A DNA stretch of 22,484 bases from Candidatus Babeliales bacterium (GTDB lineage: Bacteria > Babelota > Babeliae > Babelales > Vermiphilaceae), in the NCBI GenBank assembly GCA_044451405.1, contig JBIOKB010000017.1, positions 1 through 22,484 of the forward strand. The letters are read 5' to 3'. Every line of letters begins with the position of its first letter. The first letter of the stretch is position 1. Made by a program: the position numbers and the translations under genes. Of this stretch, positions 9,533 through 17,928 are shown piece after piece. Below the pieces are notes generated by a model, which saw only the letters and a list, made by a program, of their open reading frames with translations, did no database searches and was not told where the DNA came from.

Positions 9533-10594
9533 ATGAAAAACCGTACAATACACCTTACCCCACCACTTCTTTCTACTGATCATATCAAGGAAAAGATTAC
9601 CTGCATTCGGGCACACCGCGAGCGGATCTTTCAGGTATCTACCCAGACGCATAATGATAAACTTATCTGCCATAATTATGGGCATGGTGGCGCGGGATGG
9701 ACGTTCCTTTTTGGCTGTGTTAATGAATCGATCAGGAAATACGAGCAAGCACTTGAACAACAACCTTCGTTAAAAAATAAACCTATTGCTGTTATTGGCG
9801 CCGGCTGCTATGGGCTTGCCACCGCCGTTACGCTGGCACATAAGGGACACACCGTACGCATCATTGCCCGTGAAACAGACAATATTCCATCCACTAAAGC
9901 GGCAGGATTCTTCTTTCCCCGCGCACGCAAATCATCAACGCCACAGGAACGTACTACATTTCAAGAGCGCGGTATGGAATCGTATCAAACATACCTGCAG
10001 ATACTTGAAGGAAAGCATCCCTTTATTACACGCGGTCCTAAACTCCTTCCCTGCTATTTCAGCCCTGATATTGATCCTGGTTTTGCACCCTACATCGATC
10101 ATGGTCTCATGAAGGCTCCTGAGGAAGTAACCATAGATTTTGGCAATGGTAAATGCTATGAGGCTCGGGAATATACCACCCTTTTTATCAATGCAGCACT
10201 CATTATGGAAGAGTTACACCACGTGCGTTCAAAGTTTGATATTGTGATAACCTATGCAGAAATTACTGATTTTAATGAGGTTACTGAACCCGTCATTTTT
10301 AATTGTGCCGGCATGGGAGCAAAAAAGCTCACTGCCGATCCCCGTATTGTACCCGTTCAAGGGCACTTGATTACCCTCAAAAACCAGCCGGATATCACTC
10401 AATTACAATATATGATCAATGTTAAAGTAGTTATGTCTGATTTAAAGGGCACGCGCGATGAACTTATCTACTTTGCACCCAAAGATAACGGCATTTTAGG
10501 AGTCACCTTCCTGCGTGGCCAAGATTCATTAACCGCAAACCCGCATGAATTTGACCGCCTACAACAGCGCTGCCATGATTTTTTTGGTACGTAA
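9533..10594 (+). CDS. FAD-dependent oxidoreductase, D-amino-acid oxidase family, circularly permuted
   Basis: CIRAHR...HNYGHGGAGWT precedes the Rossmann motif IAVIGAGCYG; also IFNCAGMGA and PVQGHL. Confidence 0.88.
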   Translation: MKNRTIHLTPPLLSTDHIKEKITCIRAHRERIFQVSTQTHNDKLICHNYGHGGAGWTFLFGCVNESIRKYEQALEQQPSLKNKPIAVIGAGCYGLATAVTLAHKGHTVRIIARETDNIPSTKAAGFFFPRARKSSTPQERTTFQERGMESYQTYLQILEGKHPFITRGPKLLPCYFSPDIDPGFAPYIDHGLMKAPEEVTIDFGNGKCYEAREYTTLFINAALIMEELHHVRSKFDIVITYAEITDFNEVTEPVIFNCAGMGAKKLTADPRIVPVQGHLITLKNQPDITQLQYMINVKVVMSDLKGTRDELIYFAPKDNGILGVTFLRGQDSLTANPHEFDRLQQRCHDFFGT

Positions 10595-10603
10595 CATCTA
10601 AAC

Positions 10604-10633
10604 TTGCAACTTCATATCTCTTACCAGTATGCT
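10604..10633 (+). promoter_or_regulatory. Putative sigma70 promoter of the arfB operon
   Basis: TTGCAA-N18-TATGCT. Confidence 0.45.
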
Positions 10634-10670
10634 GCACTCAACAATCACTCCTAATATGGTGTAAAAAATA

Positions 10671-11102
10671 ATGAGCAAAGATGTATTTGTGCGGCACGAT
10701 GTTGTTATCCCAAGTCATGAACTTGATATATCAACAAGTAGATCCGGTGGTGCCGGTGGACAACACGTTAATAAAACCGACACACGCATTACTGTACGCT
10801 GGAATGTACGCACAACACGCGCATTAACCGATGAACAAAAAGAGCGCGTACTACAAAAATTAGCAAACCGTCTGACAAACGATGGCGAGCTTATTATTCA
10901 CAACAGTGCATCACGCTCACAACAACAAAATAGAGAACACGCACTGGAACAACTTGCACAGGAGATCAGACAGGCATTACATGTTCCTAAAAAAAGAATG
11001 AAAACGCGCATAGCAAAACACACAAAAGAAGCACGTCTGGAGAAAAAAACACAACGAAGTGAATTAAAAAAAAGCAGAAGTAAAAAAATATTCTACGAAT
11101 AA
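10671..11102 (+). CDS. arfB: Alternative ribosome rescue peptidyl-tRNA hydrolase ArfB (YaeJ)
   Basis: SRSGGAGGQHVNKT (GGQ motif), SRSQQQNR and a basic tail RLEKK...KKSR. Confidence 0.95.
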   Translation: MSKDVFVRHDVVIPSHELDISTSRSGGAGGQHVNKTDTRITVRWNVRTTRALTDEQKERVLQKLANRLTNDGELIIHNSASRSQQQNREHALEQLAQEIRQALHVPKKRMKTRIAKHTKEARLEKKTQRSELKKSRSKKIFYE

Positions 11103-11111
11103 GGAGATTTT

Positions 11112-11681
11112 ATGGACACCCTATTTATTGCAGAAGTACATCCTCTTTCTGTTAAACAATTAAAAGACAATTGGGGATGGTATTTAGCACTTGGCATCAG
11201 TTTAATCGCTTTAGGTACGTTAGCAGTATTCTACACCTGGACGGCTACGCTCGTTTCTGTGGTTTATCTTGGATTTTTGTTACTCACCTTGGGTGTTTTT
11301 GAAGCGGTTAAATCATGGAAAATAAATCGCTGGAGCACTTTTTTTCTCCATATGTTTTTGAGTGTGCTGTATGGTGTAAGCGGTGCGTTTCTTATTGCTG
11401 ATCCTACTATTAACGCCATAACACTTACTTTGCTCCTCTCCATATTCTTTGTTGTGGCTGGTGTAATAAAAGTAGTAGTGGCCTGGACACGTCTCGTACC
11501 ACACAAATTCTGGCTTACACTAAATGGTATTTTAACTGCCATCCTTGGTATTCTCATCTGGTACCAATGGCCTGAATCTTCGTTCTGGGCGGTGGGCATG
11601 CTCGTGGGCATTAATATGATCATTACCGGCTGGACGTGGGTTATGCTATCAATGGTGGCAAAGAATGTTAAAGGTGCTTAA
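11112..11681 (+). CDS. HdeD/DUF308 family membrane protein
   Basis: NWGWYLALGI, six hydrophobic helices, WPESSFWAVGMLVGINMIITGW. Confidence 0.88.
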   Translation: MDTLFIAEVHPLSVKQLKDNWGWYLALGISLIALGTLAVFYTWTATLVSVVYLGFLLLTLGVFEAVKSWKINRWSTFFLHMFLSVLYGVSGAFLIADPTINAITLTLLLSIFFVVAGVIKVVVAWTRLVPHKFWLTLNGILTAILGILIWYQWPESSFWAVGMLVGINMIITGWTWVMLSMVAKNVKGA

Positions 11682-11698
11682 TATACCAAGGAGATTCT

Positions 11699-12001
11699 AT
11701 GCCTATCCCATTTACACAAGATCTTATTGCATCAAAAAAACCAGTTGTTATTAAAGCATTTGCTACGTGGTGTCCGCATTGCAAAAAAATGGCTCCACTT
11801 TTTGAAGAGCTAGAAAAAGAACTTTCACACTATATTTTTGCCGAATTTGATGTAGATAAACACGTCGAATTCACTGAGCAATTTCATATTGAATCACTCC
11901 CCACTTTTATCTTTATAAAAAATGGTAATGAAGTGGGTCGCACCATCGGCGAAATGCCAAAAGATGAGTTAAAAGAAGCAATCGAACACTATCTAAAATG
12001 A
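11699..12001 (+). CDS. Thioredoxin-family protein, WCPHC active site, no signal peptide
   Basis: FATWCPHCKKMAP, FDVD, IESLPTF and KNGNEV motifs; AAGGAG RBS. Confidence 0.93.
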   Translation: MPIPFTQDLIASKKPVVIKAFATWCPHCKKMAPLFEELEKELSHYIFAEFDVDKHVEFTEQFHIESLPTFIFIKNGNEVGRTIGEMPKDELKEAIEHYLK

Positions 12002-12014
12002 TGTAAGGAATACT

Positions 12015-12407
12015 ATGATGACACTCATTATGATCGTTGCAGCAATTGGGCTGTGTATTTCACTATATACCTATTCAGTTGAACGCAAAATTAAAACTAA
12101 CGCACAGTATAAGCCAGCCTGTGATCTATCAGATCGCATTTCTTGCACAAAACCGATGTTGAGCGAATACGCAAACATGTTTTATTTCTCAAATGCATTT
12201 ATAGGCACATCATATTATGTATTAATCATACTTCTTGCTGCATTCAATATGCTTAACCTGCTCTTTATTGCCGCAAGCGCAGCATGTTTATTTTCTCTCT
12301 TTTTGGCGTATATTTTGTATGTAAAAATCAAAGCGTTCTGCATACTCTGCACATCAATATATCTTGTGAATTTTATTATTCTGGGATTAGTACTGTATAG
12401 CAGATAA
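12015..12407 (+). CDS. Vitamin K epoxide reductase (VKOR) family protein
   Basis: Four TM helices; loop Cys pair ACDLSDRISC; conserved Ser (MLSEY); active-site FCILC. Confidence 0.93.
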   Translation: MMTLIMIVAAIGLCISLYTYSVERKIKTNAQYKPACDLSDRISCTKPMLSEYANMFYFSNAFIGTSYYVLIILLAAFNMLNLLFIAASAACLFSLFLAYILYVKIKAFCILCTSIYLVNFIILGLVLYSR

Positions 12408-12408
12408 A

Positions 12409-13410
12409 TCAAAGAGCATGTACCTGCAACAATGTTCGATCAGCACTTGATAATCGCTTTTCAATTTCTGTGAGCGTCATAAGTCCTGTTTGGCTTCCTA
12501 CATCGCTAATAACGCTTGATGCATTAATAATACCCCCTATCAACGCATCCTCGATTGATTTACCATCAACACGTAATGCAACAAACGTTGACCCAAACGC
12601 ATCGCCAGCACCAACTGAGCTTACTACTTTAACGAGCAAACTTGGGTAAAAATAGAGCGTATTTTCATGAGCAACATATACGCCATGAGCACCATCAGTT
12701 ACAACCACCGTATGGGGCCCTTGAGCAACAATTGCATTGCAGTAGGCAGAAACACTAAATGTTGCTTGTGTAAATCCACGCATAAATTGCTGTGCTTCTA
12801 CCGTATTGAGAATAAAAATATCTATAGAGGGTAACGCTTTACGCAACACCTCTACTCCAGAACGTAATTGGCTGCCACCAGGATTAACCGCAACTGATTT
12901 TTTGTATTTTTGTGCGTGAACAACTATCGGTAACAATTGTAATGATGATGCATCGCTCAGTGAGGTAACATAAAGTTGGTCACAATTTTCTATTGCAGTA
13001 TAAGGGATCTCATCTTCTTGCAACGTTGCAGCTGCTCCTCGATATACAAGCACCGTACGATTACCTGATGGCGTTGGAACTATGCAGGAAATACCCGTTT
13101 GTACCGTTTTACTTATTACGGCACTCTTCGTGTTGATTCCCTGCTGCTGCAATATGCGCATAATATAGTCGCCATCGGGATCATTTCCCACTTTAAAAAA
13201 TGCCTGCGTATCATGATTGAGCCGTGTAAAAGATACGGCAGCGTTTGCCGCACCACCCCCTACATAAGAAAGCAGGTTAGTAACTTCAAGCTTTCGTCCT
13301 TCTTCAAATGCTATATAATTACGCCCGGCATGAGTAAGCGTAAATGGATTATCATATTCTAAAAATAGGTCGCGCACCGCGCCACCAATGGTCAAAACCT
13401 TTTTAGTCAT
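12409..13410 (-). CDS. PfkB family carbohydrate kinase
   Basis: GGGAANAAV, VGNDPDG, ILNTVEA, VVTDGAHG and SSVGAGDAFG motifs. Start overlaps the upstream stop (TAATG). Confidence 0.93.
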   Translation of the reverse strand: MTKKVLTIGGAVRDLFLEYDNPFTLTHAGRNYIAFEEGRKLEVTNLLSYVGGGAANAAVSFTRLNHDTQAFFKVGNDPDGDYIMRILQQQGINTKSAVISKTVQTGISCIVPTPSGNRTVLVYRGAAATLQEDEIPYTAIENCDQLYVTSLSDASSLQLLPIVVHAQKYKKSVAVNPGGSQLRSGVEVLRKALPSIDIFILNTVEAQQFMRGFTQATFSVSAYCNAIVAQGPHTVVVTDGAHGVYVAHENTLYFYPSLLVKVVSSVGAGDAFGSTFVALRVDGKSIEDALIGGIINASSVISDVGSQTGLMTLTEIEKRLSSADRTLLQVHAL

Positions 13411-14198
13411 TACACAAAATCCAATCTTTTTTTAAGCAACACAATGCCACGCCATGAACAGAGTACAATGAAGATGCTCAACATGCCAATACAAAGCCAG
13501 AAATTAAGAAAATCCTGTTGCCCAAGCACTGCAGCACGCATGCCTTCCATAATATAGGTCATAGGGTTAATAAAACTAAGCCATGCCAAATAAGGCCATT
13601 TACTTGCAAGTACAGCCCAGGAAAATTGAAACCCACCTAAAAACCAGACTGGATACACAAAGCGCATCCATACGTTACCAATTTTGGTCATATTTTTAAC
13701 GCGACTCGCAACCCAGAGCGTAAAGGCGCCATAAAATAAGTTACTTAACACAAAAATGAGAAAGAATTTACCTAAAGCTACATTTAAGATATTAAATTGG
13801 TTCCAGATCAGCAGCTGACCAATGGGAAGCACTAAAATGCTTAACATGCCGAAGTTAAGGGAATAATAGAAAATTAAGCGTAAAAAAATCATCCATGAGG
13901 GGATAGGCAGCGTAAGATAATAGTTAATAATCTGATCACCTTCAAAATCACTAATCATGGCAACTACGTTAGGAAATACACCAAAAAGCCCTGCGCTTGC
14001 ACACAATCCAGCTAAAATAAAAACACTATACCCAGCAGACAAACCAAACGACGGCATCAAATAGCTATTAACTAATGTCATCGTTGAAATCCAGATCATT
14101 AAGTTGATCGTCTGATCAAGTACCGTACCTTTGAGAATGTGTAAATCAGTCCACAACAGCTCTTTAAAGACTAAAAAATTCGATGGTTTAACACGCAT
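13410..14198 (-). CDS. ABC-2 type transporter permease
   Basis: Six TM helices; YYLTLPI and INPMTYIMEGMRAAVLG; follows an ABC ATPase. Confidence 0.9.
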   Translation of the reverse strand: MRVKPSNFLVFKELLWTDLHILKGTVLDQTINLMIWISTMTLVNSYLMPSFGLSAGYSVFILAGLCASAGLFGVFPNVVAMISDFEGDQIINYYLTLPIPSWMIFLRLIFYYSLNFGMLSILVLPIGQLLIWNQFNILNVALGKFFLIFVLSNLFYGAFTLWVASRVKNMTKIGNVWMRFVYPVWFLGGFQFSWAVLASKWPYLAWLSFINPMTYIMEGMRAAVLGQQDFLNFWLCIGMLSIFIVLCSWRGIVLLKKRLDFV

Positions 14199-14210
14199 AG
14201 CAGCTCCTTG

Positions 14211-14939
14211 TTATTCTTCATGCATAAGATGGATAAAGACGTCTTCTAAACGGTCTTTATGAAATGAACTCATCAAATTATGTGGCGTATCAATAAGACG
14301 CACGGCACCTTGATCCAAGACACATACACGATCAGAAAGTACTTCAGCCTCATCTAAATAGTGCGTGGTTAACAACACGCAAATATTTTCTTGCTTAAGT
14401 GCTTTAATATAATCCCAGAGTTGATGCCGTATATGGGGATCAAGTGCTACTGTTGGTTCATCAAGAATAATCAACTGCGGTTTATGTATAATACTCCGCG
14501 CCAACGTAAACCGTTGTTTATAACCACCTGAAAGTACTTCTGGTCTTTTATCCAGATACTTACCAAATTTAAATCGATTGGCCAAATCATCAATACGTAC
14601 TGCAATTTCATCATCAGGTACGGCAAAATATCGGCCAGCAAAAAACAGATTTTCACGCAACGTTAAATAGTTATTCAAATTTGGCTTTTGGGGACAAAAA
14701 CCGATAATGCAGCGATAACCAACGATGTCGCTATAGATAGAGCGATTGTTATATAGTAGATCACCGCTCGTTGGTGGTTTTAACGTAGCAACAATGGATG
14801 ATAAGGTAGTCTTGCCAGCACCATTAACGCCAAGCAGAGTGACCACTTCACCGGGATAGAGATCTAATGAGACACCTTTTAATGCCTCATAATCACCATA
14901 GCGCTTGGTAACATTGATAATACGTAATAATGGATTCAT
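14211..14939 (-). CDS. ABC transporter ATP-binding protein (ABC-2/DrrA-like)
   Basis: Walker A GVNGAGKTT, signature LSGG, Walker B IILDEPT, LTTHYLDEAE. Confidence 0.97.
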   Translation of the reverse strand: MNPLLRIINVTKRYGDYEALKGVSLDLYPGEVVTLLGVNGAGKTTLSSIVATLKPPTSGDLLYNNRSIYSDIVGYRCIIGFCPQKPNLNNYLTLRENLFFAGRYFAVPDDEIAVRIDDLANRFKFGKYLDKRPEVLSGGYKQRFTLARSIIHKPQLIILDEPTVALDPHIRHQLWDYIKALKQENICVLLTTHYLDEAEVLSDRVCVLDQGAVRLIDTPHNLMSSFHKDRLEDVFIHLMHEE

Positions 14940-14998
14940 AAGAGTAACTTTGGAAAAATGGTGGATAGAAGAAGTTTAAGTATAACTGAAGATTATTC

Positions 14999-15910
14999 TT
15001 ATTGCAGCTCCTGTATATATTTTTTAATCGTCGCTGCTGATAGCTCTAACTGCTTGCGCTCCTGATCTTGTAATGGCGGCATCACTATCTGCTCAACGCC
15101 TTTATCGCCCAACACGGCGGGCATACTCAAGCACACATCAAACTCTTTTATATAACAGGAAACGGGCGTTACCCGATTGGCATTACTGATGATATTCTGA
15201 CAATATGCTGCAACACAACTTGCAATACCAAAGGCAGTTGATCCTTTACACTCAATAATATCATACGCTTTGCGCTTTGCTTGCTCAGCCATAGCCTCCA
15301 GTGTTGATCGCGTTAAGTTTGGAAATGTAAGAATCGGCGTACCTGCGATAGTAGCTGATGACCAGGCAACAAACTGACTATCACCATGTTCACCAAGCAC
15401 ATATACATGAATAGATTGCTCAGTAACATTAATTGCTTCACTAATAATATGCCGCAAACGCTGAGTATCAAGCATAGTTCCCGAACCAAATATTTGGTTT
15501 TTTGGCAATCCCGATACCTGTTGAGCTCCATACGTTAATACATCTATTGGGTTGGTAACCATAATAATAATAAGATCAGGATTGAGTGGCTTCATCCCTG
15601 CAATAATATCGGTTACTACTTTGTAATTGGTGCGCAGTAAATCAACGCGTGATTGGCCTGGCTTTTGCGCTATGCCTGCAGTAATAATAACAATATCTGT
15701 CTGCCCTGCTTGTTGCAAAGTGCCCATGGTAACACTCGATGTGGTTGAAAATGAGAGCGTATCAGAAAGATCTTCCACTTCACCTTTGCACTTTATATCC
15801 TGAATATCCACCAGTATCAGATCTGATGCAATGTTACGGAGCATCAACGTATAGGCGGTTGTTGAACCCACCACACCAGCGCCAATAATTGCTATCTTTG
15901 ATTGCTTCAT
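14999..15910 (-). CDS. ldh: L-lactate dehydrogenase (LDH/MDH family)
   Basis: IIGAGVVG, TAGIAQKPGQSR (Gln at the specificity position), VTNPIDV, GSGTMLDTQR and LGEHGDSQ motifs. Confidence 0.92.
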   Translation of the reverse strand: MKQSKIAIIGAGVVGSTTAYTLMLRNIASDLILVDIQDIKCKGEVEDLSDTLSFSTTSSVTMGTLQQAGQTDIVIITAGIAQKPGQSRVDLLRTNYKVVTDIIAGMKPLNPDLIIIMVTNPIDVLTYGAQQVSGLPKNQIFGSGTMLDTQRLRHIISEAINVTEQSIHVYVLGEHGDSQFVAWSSATIAGTPILTFPNLTRSTLEAMAEQAKRKAYDIIECKGSTAFGIASCVAAYCQNIISNANRVTPVSCYIKEFDVCLSMPAVLGDKGVEQIVMPPLQDQERKQLELSAATIKKYIQELQ

Positions 15911-15943
15911 TATAGTCTTTACCTGTACTAAGTTTTTATTTCC

Positions 15944-15973
15944 ATGCTAGAAAAAGCACATAACAACAGGCAA
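15944..15973 (-). promoter_or_regulatory. Putative ldh promoter
   Basis: TTGCCT-N18-TAGCAT on the minus strand. Confidence 0.4.
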
Positions 15974-15992
15974 TGATTTGTCGGTGCACAAA

Positions 15993-16349
15993 TTATGGTA
16001 GGGTAACCCATACAAGCAACAAAGAGATGAGCAATAATGGTATTACAATGATAGCAAATCCTAATCCTGAGCCTTTATAATTCTTTGCAAGAGCTAATTT
16101 ATCGCGCACTCTTTTATAATCGATTGATGATAAGACAATCACTACGGCTCCCCAAAGAATCAGCGTTTCTCCTACAATATGCGCTATCATTTTATGCATA
16201 TCAGTTTTAAAACTAATCAACCTCAAAATCGCAATGCCGCCAGCCATAGCAGTAAGCGCTGTTCGCAACCAAGCAGAAAAAGTACGCTCTAATGCAAATA
16301 AAGTCCGTTCTTGCTCTTGCATAGTACTATTTACTTCTTGATTCTTCAT
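15993..16349 (-). CDS. DUF202/YidH family membrane protein
   Basis: RTLFALERTFSAWLRTAL motif plus three TM helices. Confidence 0.9.
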   Translation of the reverse strand: MKNQEVNSTMQEQERTLFALERTFSAWLRTALTAMAGGIAILRLISFKTDMHKMIAHIVGETLILWGAVVIVLSSIDYKRVRDKLALAKNYKGSGLGFAIIVIPLLLISLLLVWVTLP

Positions 16350-16410
16350 TTTTAACTCTCTCACTTATTAGAGTAAAGTAACGCACAATTCACATGGATA
16401 TAGTAGGACA

Positions 16411-17316
16411 ATGACAATGAAATATACAATGCATAGATGGTTATTATTTGTTAGCATGCTGGGATACGTACCTCTTACTGCCATATCCATAGTATACAAC
16501 TTCAGAATTGCACAAATCACCCGGCAGCCGATAACTGATGAAACACATGATAAAAATAACACATTAATCGGCCTTCTTTTTGATCAATTTCAAAAAAAAC
16601 ATACGGATACCAGTCAAAATTTCCCTGGCGGCTTAGCTTCATTTATTTATCATTTTGATGCTAATTTTTTTAGAACGGATTTTGCTGTATCCCACATAAA
16701 AGAACGAACAGATGGCTCAACTACCTTTTCTGGCACTCAAACCGATGATTTGCTATTCACCTTGGGACATAACTTTAAAATTAATAAACGCAATACGGTA
16801 ACCCTATCAGGATTTTTGGGCATACCTACCCATAAAGTTACCACCTTAGAACATGTAAGCTTTGGGTACGGCCAGCTTGGAACTGGTATACAAATTGATG
16901 GATCTTATACTCTGCATCACGATAATGCAAATGCACTCTTATATGGTGCCCGTTATCTCTATTTTGTGCCCCGCACCGCACGTGATATCGAGTGCAAGCA
17001 CCATACCTTTAGCATTGGTAACGTAGCAGACGTATTGTTTGCCTATAAAGATTGGTGGGGCAAGCATGGTTTAGAACTTGGTTTTACTGAACGAATTAAT
17101 TTTGGTGCTCACTGCTCACCTCATTTTGATGAGATAATCCAAAGAACAAATTATGTACGGAGCAACTTTTACGCCGTATATAAATATAAATTTCTTATTC
17201 GTGACCTTCCCAATAGATTTTTATTTAACATCGCCTATGGTTTTGATGAAAAATCTAAAAAATTTGGGAACAAATACATTATAACACTCTGGACATCATG
17301 GAGTGTTAATTTTTAA
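16411..17316 (+). CDS. Putative outer-membrane beta-barrel protein
   Basis: Signal peptide; alternating aromatic strands; ends ITLWTSWSVNF. Confidence 0.7.
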   Translation: MTMKYTMHRWLLFVSMLGYVPLTAISIVYNFRIAQITRQPITDETHDKNNTLIGLLFDQFQKKHTDTSQNFPGGLASFIYHFDANFFRTDFAVSHIKERTDGSTTFSGTQTDDLLFTLGHNFKINKRNTVTLSGFLGIPTHKVTTLEHVSFGYGQLGTGIQIDGSYTLHHDNANALLYGARYLYFVPRTARDIECKHHTFSIGNVADVLFAYKDWWGKHGLELGFTERINFGAHCSPHFDEIIQRTNYVRSNFYAVYKYKFLIRDLPNRFLFNIAYGFDEKSKKFGNKYIITLWTSWSVNF

Positions 17317-17906
17317 TCAAATCTATATCCAAGCCCGGCACCAATAGCAACGCTATTCATAACTGATTTCACCGGCACTGTAGTGCCACAGCATGGGCTG
17401 CCACCGACTTTAACAAAGCTATAATCAGCAAAAACATCAATAAAGAAATCACGCGGCAAATCAAAATAAGCGCCTGTTTTTGCTATACCACCAAAACCCC
17501 ACTTTGACGTTCTTTGAATAGTATTTGCTATGCAATTAACTGTTTTTACATGCAACGGCTGAAACCCTAAACCAACATAAAAATCACAGCGATTAAAGGG
17601 AACAAAATATTTCGCACCAAGAGCTAAGGGCACCATGTATAATGTTGTCGGTTCACACATCCCAGAAGAATGTCCCTTTTCCTTTAAAAAGTCTGCGCTT
17701 GCAAATCCATACCAATTATCATCTTCAAGTATTTGGAAGGTTACTTCAGGGCCGTATAATCCGCCACCAGTGCCATATATCTTGCGCACATGATGATTAG
17801 TAAAAAAATTATAGGCGCCTTTAAATTCTAGTAACACATCTCTGCAAACAAGCTGCGTGCATACACAGATGAATAAAACACAAAGTAAACGAAATAATCT
17901 AATCAT
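17313..17906 (-). CDS. Small outer-membrane beta-barrel protein (OmpW/OmpA-like)
   Basis: Signal peptide; VPLALGAKYF, FYVGLG, FIDVFADYSF and GAGLGYRF. Stop overlaps the convergent gene by 4 bp (TTAA). Confidence 0.8.
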   Translation of the reverse strand: MIRLFRLLCVLFICVCTQLVCRDVLLEFKGAYNFFTNHHVRKIYGTGGGLYGPEVTFQILEDDNWYGFASADFLKEKGHSSGMCEPTTLYMVPLALGAKYFVPFNRCDFYVGLGFQPLHVKTVNCIANTIQRTSKWGFGGIAKTGAYFDLPRDFFIDVFADYSFVKVGGSPCCGTTVPVKSVMNSVAIGAGLGYRFD

Positions 17907-17928
17907 ACGATTCCCTTTTCTATCTTAT

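Noticed and set aside
17313-17316. Convergent genes sharing TTAA stop codons
   Set aside because: Common in compact AT-rich genomes
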